This document shows positions 45,372-55,688 of a stretch of DNA of 64,000 nt, piece by piece. The notes beneath the pieces were generated by a model, which saw nothing but the letters and a program-made list of their open reading frames with translations, had not been told where the DNA came from and searched no databases. Every line of letters begins with the position of its first letter. The first letter of the stretch is position 1. The translations under genes and the position numbers were made by a program. Source of the DNA: Waterburya sp. (GTDB lineage: Bacteria; Cyanobacteriota; Cyanobacteriia; Cyanobacteriales; Xenococcaceae); NCBI GenBank assembly GCA_965217895.1, contig CBDCJV010000002.1:4416001-4480000 (forward strand), in the 5' to 3' direction.

Positions 45372-45902
45372 ATGCTTGAGTCTGATTTAATTGTTCTACA
45401 AAAATATACTATTGAAGATATTCCTTTGCTATTTGAAGCTATTAAAATTTCAGTAGATCGTGTTTATCCTTGGCTACCCTGGTGTCATCCTAACTATACA
45501 ATTGCCGAAACCGAAGCATGGATAAAAACAAGACCTCAGCGTTGGAATGAGGGTAAAGAATTTGGTTTTAGTATCCGCGATCGCCAAGGTAAAATAGTTG
45601 GTGGTTGTGGAATAGGTATTAGATCACCTTGGTGCGGTAACTTAGGTTACTGGCTAAGGACTGGATATACAGGTAAAGGATACGCAATAGAAGCAACCAA
45701 ACTTGTAGCTGAATTTGGCATTCGACAGTTAAAGTTAAAGCGCATTGAAATTGTCGCTTCAGTAGAAAATATTCCCAGTCAGAAAGTTGCAGAAAGAGCA
45801 GGTGCTTACAAGGAAGGAATGAGCAGAAACAGGCTATTAATTCACGATAAATTTCATGATGCAGTAGTTTATTCTTTTATTCAAGATGATAACGACCGAT
45901 AG
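45372..45902 (+). CDS. RimJ/RimL-type GNAT acetyltransferase
   Basis: LGYW...GKGYA, NIPSQKVAERAG. Confidence 0.9.
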   Translation: MLESDLIVLQKYTIEDIPLLFEAIKISVDRVYPWLPWCHPNYTIAETEAWIKTRPQRWNEGKEFGFSIRDRQGKIVGGCGIGIRSPWCGNLGYWLRTGYTGKGYAIEATKLVAEFGIRQLKLKRIEIVASVENIPSQKVAERAGAYKEGMSRNRLLIHDKFHDAVVYSFIQDDNDR

Positions 45903-46011
45903 AATTTAAGACCTTGGCGAATCAAGGTATGATTTCACTCACTTTAAATTTAACAAAATCTTCGATTCTGATTTAAAGTTGTTTGATTGAAGCGAGTAGA
46001 ATATAAATTTT

Positions 46012-46839
46012 GTGTGGAGATACAGCTTGGAGTGTAAACCATTCATTAAATGGGTAGGGGGAAAAAGAAAATTACTGCCTGAGTTAGAAAAACGCCTTCC
46101 TCAAGATTTTAAAACTTATTTTGAACCTTTCATGGGTGGAGCAGCTTTATTTTGGCAGACAAAGCCTAAAAAAGCAGTATTGCTAGATATTAATCAAGAA
46201 CTAGTCAATACTTATCAATGCGTACAGCAGAATGTTGAAGCTTTGATTCTAGATTTGCAGCAGCACTACTATGATAAAAAATATTACTATCAGATTCGCC
46301 AAGGCGATCGCCTTGCTGAATATTCCAATTGGACAGACATTCAACGAGCCAGTCGCTTTATTTATCTCAATAAAACCTGCTTTAATGGTTTGTATCGAGT
46401 CAATTCTAAGGGTCAATATAATGTTCCTTTTGGAAAATATAAAAATCCCCAAATTGTCGATCGGCAGAATTTGCGCACCTGTAGTCAAGCACTACAGCAA
46501 ACAGAAATACTCATGGGTTCATTCTTGTCTATAGAGTCTAAGATTACAGCTCAAGATTTTGTTTACTTCGATCCGCCTTATATTCCTCTCAACGCTACTT
46601 CTAGCTTTACCAGCTATAGCAAAGAAGGTTTTGATATCCAAATGCAGATTGCACTGCGCGATCTCTGCTGTCGATTAAATACAAGAGGAGTTAGATTTAT
46701 GCTGTCTAATTCTTCTGCACCTCTAGTCTTAGATCTTTACAGTGAATTCAGAGTAGAGTTAGTTGATGTACCGCGATCTATCAACTCAAAAGGAGATAAA
46801 AGGGGAAAGATAAAAGAAGTTTTAGTTACTAATTATTGA
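46012..46839 (+). CDS. dam: Dam-family (D12) DNA adenine methylase, orphan
   Basis: KWVGGK, EPFMGG, DPPY; no adjacent endonuclease. Confidence 0.9.
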   Translation: MWRYSLECKPFIKWVGGKRKLLPELEKRLPQDFKTYFEPFMGGAALFWQTKPKKAVLLDINQELVNTYQCVQQNVEALILDLQQHYYDKKYYYQIRQGDRLAEYSNWTDIQRASRFIYLNKTCFNGLYRVNSKGQYNVPFGKYKNPQIVDRQNLRTCSQALQQTEILMGSFLSIESKITAQDFVYFDPPYIPLNATSSFTSYSKEGFDIQMQIALRDLCCRLNTRGVRFMLSNSSAPLVLDLYSEFRVELVDVPRSINSKGDKRGKIKEVLVTNY

Positions 46840-46861
46840 TCGCGATCAATTTTCAACCGCA

Positions 46862-47734
46862 CTATTGTTGTTTCATCCAGTTAATACACTGCTGTAATTG
46901 TTTTTTGGTGGTATCAACATCACTATGATAACGACGACCATGACCAGGCAGAACCCATTCAAAAGAGTAATTCGCTAGTTTTTCCATGGATTTAATTTGT
47001 TCTGACCAAGAATACCAACAGAAGCGACGAAAAGCATAAAGATTTTCCAGGTATGGCGACCAGGCTAAATGATCTCCTGTAAATAAAAACTTGTTTTTAT
47101 AGAGTAAAACAGTGTGTCCTTGACTATGACCAGGAACAGGAATAATTAAAATGTCTGGAGTTAGCTCAACTGTATCAGTGCCAGATAGCTGAATTTCAAC
47201 TTCTTGAGTAGATGGTTTTATGTCGTCTGAATGTAAAATTCTCTGGCAATTAAAATGCTGTCGGAATTTTTGATGATCTGCCACATCATCTTGATGGGTA
47301 AGATACAAATATTCAATACCGCCTAGATCTTCTAAACGTTTTACCAGAGGCGGTGCAAATCGAGGTGAATCAATTAGGATATTGCCTTCTGGTCTTTGAA
47401 TGAAATAGCTAGCAGCACCATAAGAAGCTTCAGCATGATATCCACAGTGATAAACATTATCTTCTACCAGCAAAGGAAATGTCTGTTGAACTTGTTTTAT
47501 ATCTGTTGGCTTATCTACTGTACCAATAGAAGCGGTAGGGCAAGATAGTAAAGCCTGCATTGCCAGCAGTTTATCTACCGTAGTTTCTGGTTGATGATAT
47601 ACGGCAGAGGAGGATGATTGACGATTGAATACATCTGCTGCCATCCAACGACAAGTATCACAATCAATACAGCTAGAGTCCACATAAAAATTACCGTCAA
47701 TATTTTCTTTTCTTCTTTGTTGTAAAGTAGCCAT
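46862..47734 (-). CDS. Ferredoxin-fused metallo-beta-lactamase-fold hydrolase
   Basis: CIDCDTC, THQDD, PGHS, PGHG. Confidence 0.88.
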   Translation of the reverse strand: MATLQQRRKENIDGNFYVDSSCIDCDTCRWMAADVFNRQSSSSAVYHQPETTVDKLLAMQALLSCPTASIGTVDKPTDIKQVQQTFPLLVEDNVYHCGYHAEASYGAASYFIQRPEGNILIDSPRFAPPLVKRLEDLGGIEYLYLTHQDDVADHQKFRQHFNCQRILHSDDIKPSTQEVEIQLSGTDTVELTPDILIIPVPGHSQGHTVLLYKNKFLFTGDHLAWSPYLENLYAFRRFCWYSWSEQIKSMEKLANYSFEWVLPGHGRRYHSDVDTTKKQLQQCINWMKQQ

Positions 47735-47924
47735 AGTATAATGTTGTGCCTCAAATTTCAAATAGAGATATGGACATTATTTACAGGCATATCTCTTTTA
47801 TTTAAAGATCTAAATATTCTTTCATTTTATCTAATAAAGCTAAATTAATTGACTAACTAACGAAAGATAATTTCAGTGCCTAAAGAATGTAACATTGTTT
47901 TAGTAAGGCATAGAGAATAGATAG

Positions 47925-48794
47925 ATGGTTATGTCATCAGTTAAAACCAACAAGCAAATAACAAACTTATCCTTTTCTAAAATCTGGTTATGGTTAGGTG
48001 TTTTATTAATTTTGCTCTTTTTTTCTGCACCTATCATTTGGCAGATACTGACTTCTGTAAAGCTAAATAAAGATATCTCGGCAATTCCCAATGTCTATTT
48101 ACCTAGTAAGATTACCTGGGAACACTACACCGAACTGTTTAAGCGTCGTCCCTTTTTGACCTATATTTTTAATAGTGCCTTGGTAGCAAGTATTTCAACT
48201 ATTTTGTGTCTTGTCTTTGGTTCTCCAGCAGCTTATGCTTTGGCACGAATGAATTTAAAAGGGGAAAAGCTGATTTTGACTGGAGTTTTAATTGTTACTT
48301 TATTTCCCTATGTATTATTATTTTTAGGACTATTAGAAATAGTCAAAATTGTTGGTTTAGGAAACAATTACTTAGCTTTAATTATTCCTTACACTGCTAT
48401 TAATCTACCTCTAACTATTTTGGTAATGAGAAGCTTTTTTCAACAGCTACCTAAAGAGCTAGAAGACGCGGCGAAGATGGACGGCTTTAAAACCTTGGGA
48501 ATGTTGACGAATATAGTATTGCCCATGACTTTACCAGCATTGGCAACCACTGGTATTTTGACTTTTATCTTCGCTTGGAATGAATATATTTTTGCTTTAA
48601 CTTTTATCACCGAAGAAGCAAAAAAAACGATTCCTGTAGCTACAGCGCAGCTTGGAGGCGCAACTTTATTTGATATTCCCTATGGACCGATCGCCGCAGC
48701 TACAGTTTTGGGTACTCTACCATTAGTGATTCTTGTCTTAATTTTTCAGCGTCAAATTGTACAAGGACTAACGGCAGGTGCAGTAAAAGGTTAA
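47925..48794 (+). CDS. Carbohydrate ABC transporter permease
   Basis: ELEDAAKMDG EAA loop, AWNEY. Confidence 0.92.
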   Translation: MVMSSVKTNKQITNLSFSKIWLWLGVLLILLFFSAPIIWQILTSVKLNKDISAIPNVYLPSKITWEHYTELFKRRPFLTYIFNSALVASISTILCLVFGSPAAYALARMNLKGEKLILTGVLIVTLFPYVLLFLGLLEIVKIVGLGNNYLALIIPYTAINLPLTILVMRSFFQQLPKELEDAAKMDGFKTLGMLTNIVLPMTLPALATTGILTFIFAWNEYIFALTFITEEAKKTIPVATAQLGGATLFDIPYGPIAAATVLGTLPLVILVLIFQRQIVQGLTAGAVKG

Positions 48795-48866
48795 ACAGTA
48801 GAAATGACAAGTTAAACATTGTTCATATCTGCCAAAAAATAATTTTAATTAATGAATTAGCCCCTA

Positions 48867-49226
48867 ATGTATATCTCAGAAAGTGATAAGGCAATAATTC
48901 GTCAGTTAGTAGAAAAACAGCTACAGGCATTTCAACAGGGTGACGATGAAATAGCTTTTTCTTTAACCAGTCCAACTATTCAAGAGAAATTTGAGCAAGA
49001 TGATTTTATGACAATGGTAAAAAAGAAATATCATGCCATTGTCAAACCAAGATCGATTATGTTTCGCGGGTTTACCCTAGTCAACAACTTTCCAGCGTTG
49101 GTATCAATAATTATGGCTCAAAACGGAGAGGTGACTCAAGGGGTTTTTGTTGTCCAACATCAAAAAGACTATAGTTGGCGCATTTACGGTTATGAATTGA
49201 TTTCTGTTAATGAGAAAATAATTTAG
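48867..49226 (+). CDS. DUF4864-like protein
   Basis: QLQAFQQGD...AFSLTSPTIQ. Confidence 0.75.
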   Translation: MYISESDKAIIRQLVEKQLQAFQQGDDEIAFSLTSPTIQEKFEQDDFMTMVKKKYHAIVKPRSIMFRGFTLVNNFPALVSIIMAQNGEVTQGVFVVQHQKDYSWRIYGYELISVNEKII

Positions 49227-49366
49227 ATTAATACAACGAAAGTGAGGAATACAAAATTTTGCCTGAAATGCAGTCAAAACATCTTTTTAATGCCTTAACT
49301 GCATTTCAATATATTTGCTGATAGAATTACTGAACCAAACTAGCAAATTACAATTTAGAAATCAGT

Positions 49367-50440
49367 TTAAACAATCGACATAGTGGGAGATACAATTTCT
49401 TTCTGGTCATCTGAAGGCTGCCAAATCTTACCATCTAGAGCCATTTGTTCAATCAAGCTTGCTAGGCGTAGAGCTTTTAAAGCTTGCTCCCCGCCAACGG
49501 AAGGGCGATCGCCTCCACGAATACAGTTAACAAAATGTTCGATTTCAGCATAAATAGGTTCAGTATTGCTGGTATAAACTTTTTCAGTAATACCGTCTTG
49601 CTTATAGAGTTTTTGTTGTTCGGGTTGCAGATTAGGCTGTTGATGGCGATGAATTAGGATTTCGTTTTTGAGAAAATCAGTTTCAATTAAAGAATGCTGA
49701 CAGTGTGCTGATAAACAGCGAATTTTGCGGTGAGTAACCTTAGAAGCTGTCAAAGTTGCGACTACACCATTGGCAAAACCAAGATTAGCCGTTACGTAAT
49801 CTAGGTTTCTCGAACTATTAGAAGTATTTCCACTAGCAGTTAGCCTAATCACTGGAGAAGCGGATAGTTCTAGAAGCAAGTCTATATCGTGAATCATTAA
49901 ATCCAACACTACAGAAACATCGTTCGCCCGATTAGAATAGGGACTCATACGACGAGCCTCAAGAGCTAGAATATTTTCAGTTTGGATTACTTTACTTAGC
50001 TCACAAAAGGCAGGATTAAACCTTTCGATGTGTCCAACTTGCAAAATACAGCCAGTCTCAGCAGCTAAATTCACCAAAGACTCAGCTTCAGTAATTGAAG
50101 CAGCAATGGGCTTTTCAATCAAAACATGAACTCCAGCCTTGAGACAGTTGCTTCCTACCTCGTGATGAGCTTTAGTGGGAACAGCTATACAAACTGCATC
50201 CACGTCAGGCAACATTTCTGCATAATTTTCATAAAAATGAGTTTGATAGCGACTAGCAATTTCAATGCCTCTTGCTAAATTACAGTCAGATACTCCTACC
50301 AGTTCAGTATCCTTCAATAAGCTCAGGATACGCACATGGTGTTGTCCCATATTGCCTACGCCAATAACACCTATTCTTAAAGGCTGTGGCTGATTTTTAA
50401 ACCCGCTATTTAGCGATCGCCCAGATAATTTATATTGCAC
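49367..50440 (-). CDS. Gfo/Idh/MocA oxidoreductase
   Basis: IGVGNMG, EKP, GHIERFNP, DLMIHDID. Confidence 0.93.
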   Translation of the reverse strand: MQYKLSGRSLNSGFKNQPQPLRIGVIGVGNMGQHHVRILSLLKDTELVGVSDCNLARGIEIASRYQTHFYENYAEMLPDVDAVCIAVPTKAHHEVGSNCLKAGVHVLIEKPIAASITEAESLVNLAAETGCILQVGHIERFNPAFCELSKVIQTENILALEARRMSPYSNRANDVSVVLDLMIHDIDLLLELSASPVIRLTASGNTSNSSRNLDYVTANLGFANGVVATLTASKVTHRKIRCLSAHCQHSLIETDFLKNEILIHRHQQPNLQPEQQKLYKQDGITEKVYTSNTEPIYAEIEHFVNCIRGGDRPSVGGEQALKALRLASLIEQMALDGKIWQPSDDQKEIVSPTMSIV

Positions 50441-50759
50441 TTTATTTAGATAAACTCCTCCACCAATGAGTTGATCAACGGTCAGAGCAGGCTCCGCCCT
50501 AAACGGACGGAGTAATCTCTGACTAGTAAAACTGATATTTCAATTGCTACATAATCATCCAGATATTATCACAGAGATATTCATTGTGAATAACTTAGAA
50601 AATTGTCAAGCAAATTTCTAATCCTACTGTATGCGTGTATCTTAATAGATCTTCATAGTTTCTACCAATAACTATTTAAGAAGACTTCTCGCTGTGGCAA
50701 TTTTTTTTCCGTCTACAGCAACACTTTAGAATTTAAACAATAAGAAGGTTGAGCAAGAG

Positions 50760-51659
50760 CTAGGCTTTAGCCTCATACAGAATTTGATCTGACTGGATAA
50801 CAAAATCGCGATCTAACCAAACCAAGGATATTTTTTGAACTCTTCCTCGGTCAAGTGAAACTAGAGAAAAATTGCGCTTTACACCTTCAGGGCTTTTGAC
50901 TATGCGAGGAACACAGGCAGAATTCAAATAGACAGTATTGTCTCTAACTTCGGTTACAGTTCGTTGTTGAGCGGGGGGATGTTTAAGATGGTGGTGCATA
51001 TGTCCAAAAGTCACTAGGGGAATGGATTTGCCTAGGTTTTGAACTTCGGCGATCGCTTTGGTAAAATCAGGATCGCCATAATCCCCTCCCTCTGACTTCC
51101 AGTCTCGACCACAAATTGATTGTGGTTTGTCTCCTAAACCATAGGGACCATTATGTCCCATAAAAAGCAAAGTATTGTGTTGAGAATTTTGAGCAGAAGC
51201 GACAATTTGTCGGCTTGACTCTTCAAAACTTCTTATCTGATAGCGATCGCTATAAAACTGGCTGTTTCTCCAGGTAGAGCCTCCCCAGCTAAAGGGACGA
51301 CTACCCACCACCGATAAATTAAATTGAGGAAAATCTAGCCCAGAAAAACCAACATGAGCTTTGCCCAATAATTCTAGCTGCTGCTGCACCCGATCTTCTT
51401 GAGAGCGATCATAAGGAGCTTTTTGTCTACCCCAAGAGGAAGCACTATACCAAGCATCATGATTGCCCATGATTACGGCTTTAGGTAGCTTAACCGCTGC
51501 AATTTGGCGGACTACCTCTACTGCTTCGTTACCAAAATCGCCGACAAACAAAACCAAATCAACACCAAGATGTTCTAGTGCCAATTCATCTTGTTCATCC
51601 CATAAATCGTGGACATCTCCCACTACGGCTATGGTTATTCTTTCTTTTACCTGCGCCAT
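50760..51659 (-). CDS. Metallophosphoesterase (TIGR04168-like)
   Basis: GDVH, GDFGN, GNHD, GHMH. Confidence 0.85.
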   Translation of the reverse strand: MAQVKERITIAVVGDVHDLWDEQDELALEHLGVDLVLFVGDFGNEAVEVVRQIAAVKLPKAVIMGNHDAWYSASSWGRQKAPYDRSQEDRVQQQLELLGKAHVGFSGLDFPQFNLSVVGSRPFSWGGSTWRNSQFYSDRYQIRSFEESSRQIVASAQNSQHNTLLFMGHNGPYGLGDKPQSICGRDWKSEGGDYGDPDFTKAIAEVQNLGKSIPLVTFGHMHHHLKHPPAQQRTVTEVRDNTVYLNSACVPRIVKSPEGVKRNFSLVSLDRGRVQKISLVWLDRDFVIQSDQILYEAKA

Positions 51660-51753
51660 TCAAACAAGATATAAATTATTGAATTAATACCGATTACTGT
51701 ACGGGAGAACGGCCGTTCGCCCCTAACTTATTAATTATTTAATTCGGCAAAAA

Positions 51754-52728
51754 CTAAACTGCCCCACTATTTTTATTAAAGACGATCAAAATTGTTTTAA
51801 AAATTAGCTTGAGATCGTATTGCAAATTCCAGTTGTGCTGATATTTTAGATCTAGCTTAATCACATCTTCAAAATTGCGTACCTGAGAACGACCATTTAC
51901 CTGCCATTCTCCTGTCATTCCAGGCTTGACATCTAATCTCTGCCACTCTGGTATTTGATATGTTTCTACTTCTTCTGGAGTTGGAGGGCGAGTACCGACC
52001 AGACTCATATCTCCTTTTAGAACATTCCAAAACTGCGGAAGCTCATCGAGGCTAGTACGGCGCAAGAAGTGACCAATCTTAGTAATGCGCGGGTCATTAT
52101 CGTTTTTAAAAAAAGCTCCACTAGCTTGATTTTCAACCTGCCTTTTCATTGCTTCAGCGTTGGTATACATCGAGCGAAATTTCCAAATTTGAAACTTTTT
52201 GCCCATCCAGCCACAGCGAGTCTGTTTAAATAGTATAGAACCAGGGCTGCTAAGTTTAATGGCGATCGCAATAGGCAAAAAAATGATGATCGTAATCATC
52301 AACCCCACCAATGCTCCCCCAATATCTATAATTCTTTTGACTATAGATCTTACGGAAGGATGAGTTTCTAGATGTTCTTTGGTTGACCATGCTGCTGAAG
52401 ATTTTATGTTCAGTACGTCAACCAAACCCGTCATCGCTAGAGTAGCCATCACTGGAGGCTGAACTGATTCTAAAGCCAATTCAATGTCTTTTTCTTGAGC
52501 AGACTTCAAACTAGCAATAAGTGCGCCAATGCCACTGCTATCGATAAATTTAGTTTTGCTAAAGTCGAGAATTATTTGCTGACGAGCAATTTTTTGCTGT
52601 AATAAGTTGCTGACAGTTTGCTTGAAGGCTATGGCTTCTAAAACTGTCAGGCGTTCAGGTAGTTGTACGATCGCATTGTCCTGAAGAAAGGACTGGGAAA
52701 ACCGAATATCCGGTGTCTCATCAATCAT
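51754..52728 (-). CDS. STAS domain fused to an initiating sugar transferase
   Basis: [32 protein letters not shown]. Confidence 0.9.
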   Translation of the reverse strand: MIDETPDIRFSQSFLQDNAIVQLPERLTVLEAIAFKQTVSNLLQQKIARQQIILDFSKTKFIDSSGIGALIASLKSAQEKDIELALESVQPPVMATLAMTGLVDVLNIKSSAAWSTKEHLETHPSVRSIVKRIIDIGGALVGLMITIIIFLPIAIAIKLSSPGSILFKQTRCGWMGKKFQIWKFRSMYTNAEAMKRQVENQASGAFFKNDNDPRITKIGHFLRRTSLDELPQFWNVLKGDMSLVGTRPPTPEEVETYQIPEWQRLDVKPGMTGEWQVNGRSQVRNFEDVIKLDLKYQHNWNLQYDLKLIFKTILIVFNKNSGAV

Positions 52729-53023
52729 TAATTCTCAATTTTGGTTATCAGCAAAAGTAATTTATTTGTTAGATGGAGACAAAAGTATTTGAGAAAGTCA
52801 GATAGACTTCAGACCGTACGGTCATCCTATTTTAGTTTAACCATTATTATACAGACTGTGCTTTCTAATTCATTTGGCAGGCTCAACTCAAATATTATGA
52901 ATAATACCAATAATCATCCATATATTCTTGGCTTAATTTTACACTTGATTTAACTATCTTGCTTAAAAGTGAAATCTATTGGCAAAAATATGAGTTCGAG
53001 CTTAGTTTTACTTTAATTCAAAT

Positions 53024-53683
53024 TTAAAGTCTATTCTCTCTTCTGCCGATCGGCTCTCTTCCCTCTTGTGTCCTAGCTTTTTCTCTAGTTGCACTGCGAC
53101 GTAAAGCCTGTAAACGCTCTTCGTATTTTTTTCTTTTGCGACGACTAGGGGTCATTTCAATCAGGGTTTTCAAAGCACTACCCAAGCTTTTATAGGCATT
53201 AGGTAAAGAATAACCAAAACGAGTAGCTAAAGCGATCGCTTTTTCATCAGCTTCGATGGCTTCGGTAAGCGTCTTTTCGCTACTGTTTTTTTGCCAGAGA
53301 CGATATCCTGAGATACCACACAAAGACATAGCCAAAAGCAATAATAAGCCATCCTGTACCCATAACTCCCCAACAGCACCACCCAAGCCAATAGCCAAAG
53401 CCGCCATTTCCCATCCTTCTTTAGGAATAGTATCGTTTTGTACCCTAGCCACCTCATGCCAAAATAGCAAATTACGCTGATCGATTGCTAGACTATCCCA
53501 TTTAGCTAAATCTATCTGAATTTCAATTTCGTCTTTACCAATTTCTTCGCTACGGACGATAGGAGGATTGACTTCCGTTGAGCCTTCAACAATTACCCAA
53601 CTTTGTAATTCAGGAGGAAGCAGGGTTTTAAGACGACGCAGTTCATTGATTTCTGCCCTAGCGGAGGAGGTTGCATAACTCAT
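53024..53683 (-). CDS. DUF3318-like protein
   Basis: QRNLLFWHEV, GLGGAVGEL. Confidence 0.8.
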   Translation of the reverse strand: MSYATSSARAEINELRRLKTLLPPELQSWVIVEGSTEVNPPIVRSEEIGKDEIEIQIDLAKWDSLAIDQRNLLFWHEVARVQNDTIPKEGWEMAALAIGLGGAVGELWVQDGLLLLLAMSLCGISGYRLWQKNSSEKTLTEAIEADEKAIALATRFGYSLPNAYKSLGSALKTLIEMTPSRRKRKKYEERLQALRRSATREKARTQEGREPIGRRENRL

Positions 53684-53847
53684 ACTTTTACCAAATTAAT
53701 AGTTTAATTTTTAGCAATTTTTCAAGTGTACTCACTTTTTATCATATCTAAATTTAATTATTCATTTAAAATACTTAAGTTATTAAGAGATTTACGATAT
53801 GCTTGAAACTTAATAAATATTTGGGATTGGGAATTAATAAATATACT

Positions 53848-54840
53848 ATGTCCGCGTCAAGCAAAAAATATTTAAAATATGCTTCTTTTCTAGGTGCTGG
53901 ACTTATATTAAGCCTCATTACTTTGGGGTTCGATCGTAATTCAGCGGCAGCTTTATCTCCAGACATATTGGCTCAAGGGAGTGAAGCGGCAGGGGGGATC
54001 GCCCAAGTAAATTTGTTTCAGGCGATCGTTTTAGGTTTCGTTCAAGGAGCAACAGAATTTATTCCCATTAGTAGTACGGCACACCTAAAAGCCGTTCCCG
54101 TTTTTTTGGGCTGGGACGATCCTGGAGTGGCTTTTTCTGCTGTAATTCAGCTTGGTAGCTTGGCTGCGGTTTTATCTTATTTTTGGTCGGATATTAGTCA
54201 AATTACCAGAGGCATGATTAGGGCAGTTCGTACCAAAAATTATGATTCTCAAGATTTTTGCTTAGCCGTAGGAATTGCCATCGGCACTGTGCCAATTGTG
54301 CTTTTAGGTTTAATCTTAAAACTTTTTGAACCGCCATTTTATGAAAATATTCTTAGAAGTATGCCCTCAATTGCCATTGTCTCGATTGTCATGGCTTTAT
54401 TCCTGGCTTTAGCAGAAAGCGTCGGTAATCAAAAACGTAATTTCCAAGATTTAAAGCTTAAAGACGGTATTTTGTTGGGTTGCGCTCAAGCACTAGCAAT
54501 TATACCTGGGGTGTCTCGCTCAGGTTCAACCCTGACGGCTGGTTTGTTTAATAATTTAGAGCGGGCAACGGCAGCTAAATTTTCTTTTTTACTAGGTATT
54601 CCTGCGATCGCCCTATCTGGGCTAGTAGAATTAAAGGATATGGTCAGTTCTGGTGCAGCAAGCTCTGGGCTAATTCCTTTGGTGGCTGGGTTAATATCTT
54701 CGACAATATTTTCTTATTTAGCGATCGCCTGGCTGCTTAAATTCTTACAAAGAAGAAGTACCTGGGTGTTTGTTTGGTATAGATTGGGATTTGGGGTGTT
54801 TATCTTAGCTGCTGTGGCTCTGGGCTGGATTAAGGGATAA
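53848..54840 (+). CDS. uppP: Undecaprenyl-diphosphate phosphatase
   Basis: QGATEFIPISSTAH, PGVSRSGST. Confidence 0.96.
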   Translation: MSASSKKYLKYASFLGAGLILSLITLGFDRNSAAALSPDILAQGSEAAGGIAQVNLFQAIVLGFVQGATEFIPISSTAHLKAVPVFLGWDDPGVAFSAVIQLGSLAAVLSYFWSDISQITRGMIRAVRTKNYDSQDFCLAVGIAIGTVPIVLLGLILKLFEPPFYENILRSMPSIAIVSIVMALFLALAESVGNQKRNFQDLKLKDGILLGCAQALAIIPGVSRSGSTLTAGLFNNLERATAAKFSFLLGIPAIALSGLVELKDMVSSGAASSGLIPLVAGLISSTIFSYLAIAWLLKFLQRRSTWVFVWYRLGFGVFILAAVALGWIKG

Positions 54841-54916
54841 GGGATAAATGTTAATAATTATTGTCCTACTATTTATGCTACTATATCGTAGACAATTATA
54901 CTTTACAAGCTAAGTT

Positions 54917-55162
54917 ATGGCTAAAATATCCATTTATTTAGACGATCATCTGGTAGAAGATTTAGATGATTTAGTTGAGAATAGTCCAAATTTAATCAAA
55001 CGTAATCGTAGCGAATTATTTAACTATTTACTCAAACAAGAAGCTATCAAACAGAAAAGAGCAGCAATGTTAGACGCAGCAGCAGCAGTAGATGACTTAA
55101 ATCTTGGCTGGAGTGAGGAGGAACAAAATTGCGCGATTATCGATGTGGAAGTATCTGGTTAG
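54917..55162 (+). CDS. CopG/RHH antitoxin
   Basis: KISIYLDD...NRSELF, acidic tail, overlaps toxin. Confidence 0.8.
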   Translation: MAKISIYLDDHLVEDLDDLVENSPNLIKRNRSELFNYLLKQEAIKQKRAAMLDAAAAVDDLNLGWSEEEQNCAIIDVEVSG

Positions 55163-55491
55163 TAAGTTTCGAGCCTTCAGTGAGAACCGAGATTAATAAA
55201 ACTAGACCTACTTTAATTATTTCTCCAACAGATTTCAACCAAGTTAGATCTAAAGTAACATTATTACCTATTTCTTCAGCCGTGGTTAGAGCTAAAAAAA
55301 TAGCTTCCGTGGTTGTTCGAGTTAAAGCAACTTCGGTAAATGGACTGAATTCGGACAGTACTATAATTGCCATTGAACCAAGTACCTTTGATAAAACAAG
55401 ATTGATTAAATATTTGGGTGATTTAGAATCAAGTTATCTAAATGAAGTTAAAGATATTTTAAAGTTTTATCTTGATTTATTTATTCTTTAA
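55129..55491 (+). CDS. PemK/MazF-family toxin
   Basis: GSIWLVSFEPSVRTEINKTRPTLIIS...NGL. Confidence 0.88.
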   Translation: MRDYRCGSIWLVSFEPSVRTEINKTRPTLIISPTDFNQVRSKVTLLPISSAVVRAKKIASVVVRVKATSVNGLNSDSTIIAIEPSTFDKTRLIKYLGDLESSYLNEVKDILKFYLDLFIL

Positions 55492-55499
55492 AGAAATTC

Positions 55500-55623
55500 G
55501 CGATCGCCTGGCTGCTTAAATTCTTACAAAGAATGAAGTACCTGGGTGTTTGTTTGGTATAGATTAGGATTTGGAGTCTTTATTCTGGTTGCCTTGGCTT
55601 TGGGATGGATTGATAATGTATAA
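55500..55623 (+). pseudogene. Duplicated, diverged 3' end of uppP
   Basis: Matches 54721-54840 starting exactly at GCGATCGC; carries an extra T. Confidence 0.9.
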
Positions 55624-55688
55624 GGGATGAAGGACGAGAGCGGAAGAATAATTGGTTGCGTTGTTTATCAAAACAACCAATCACATCT

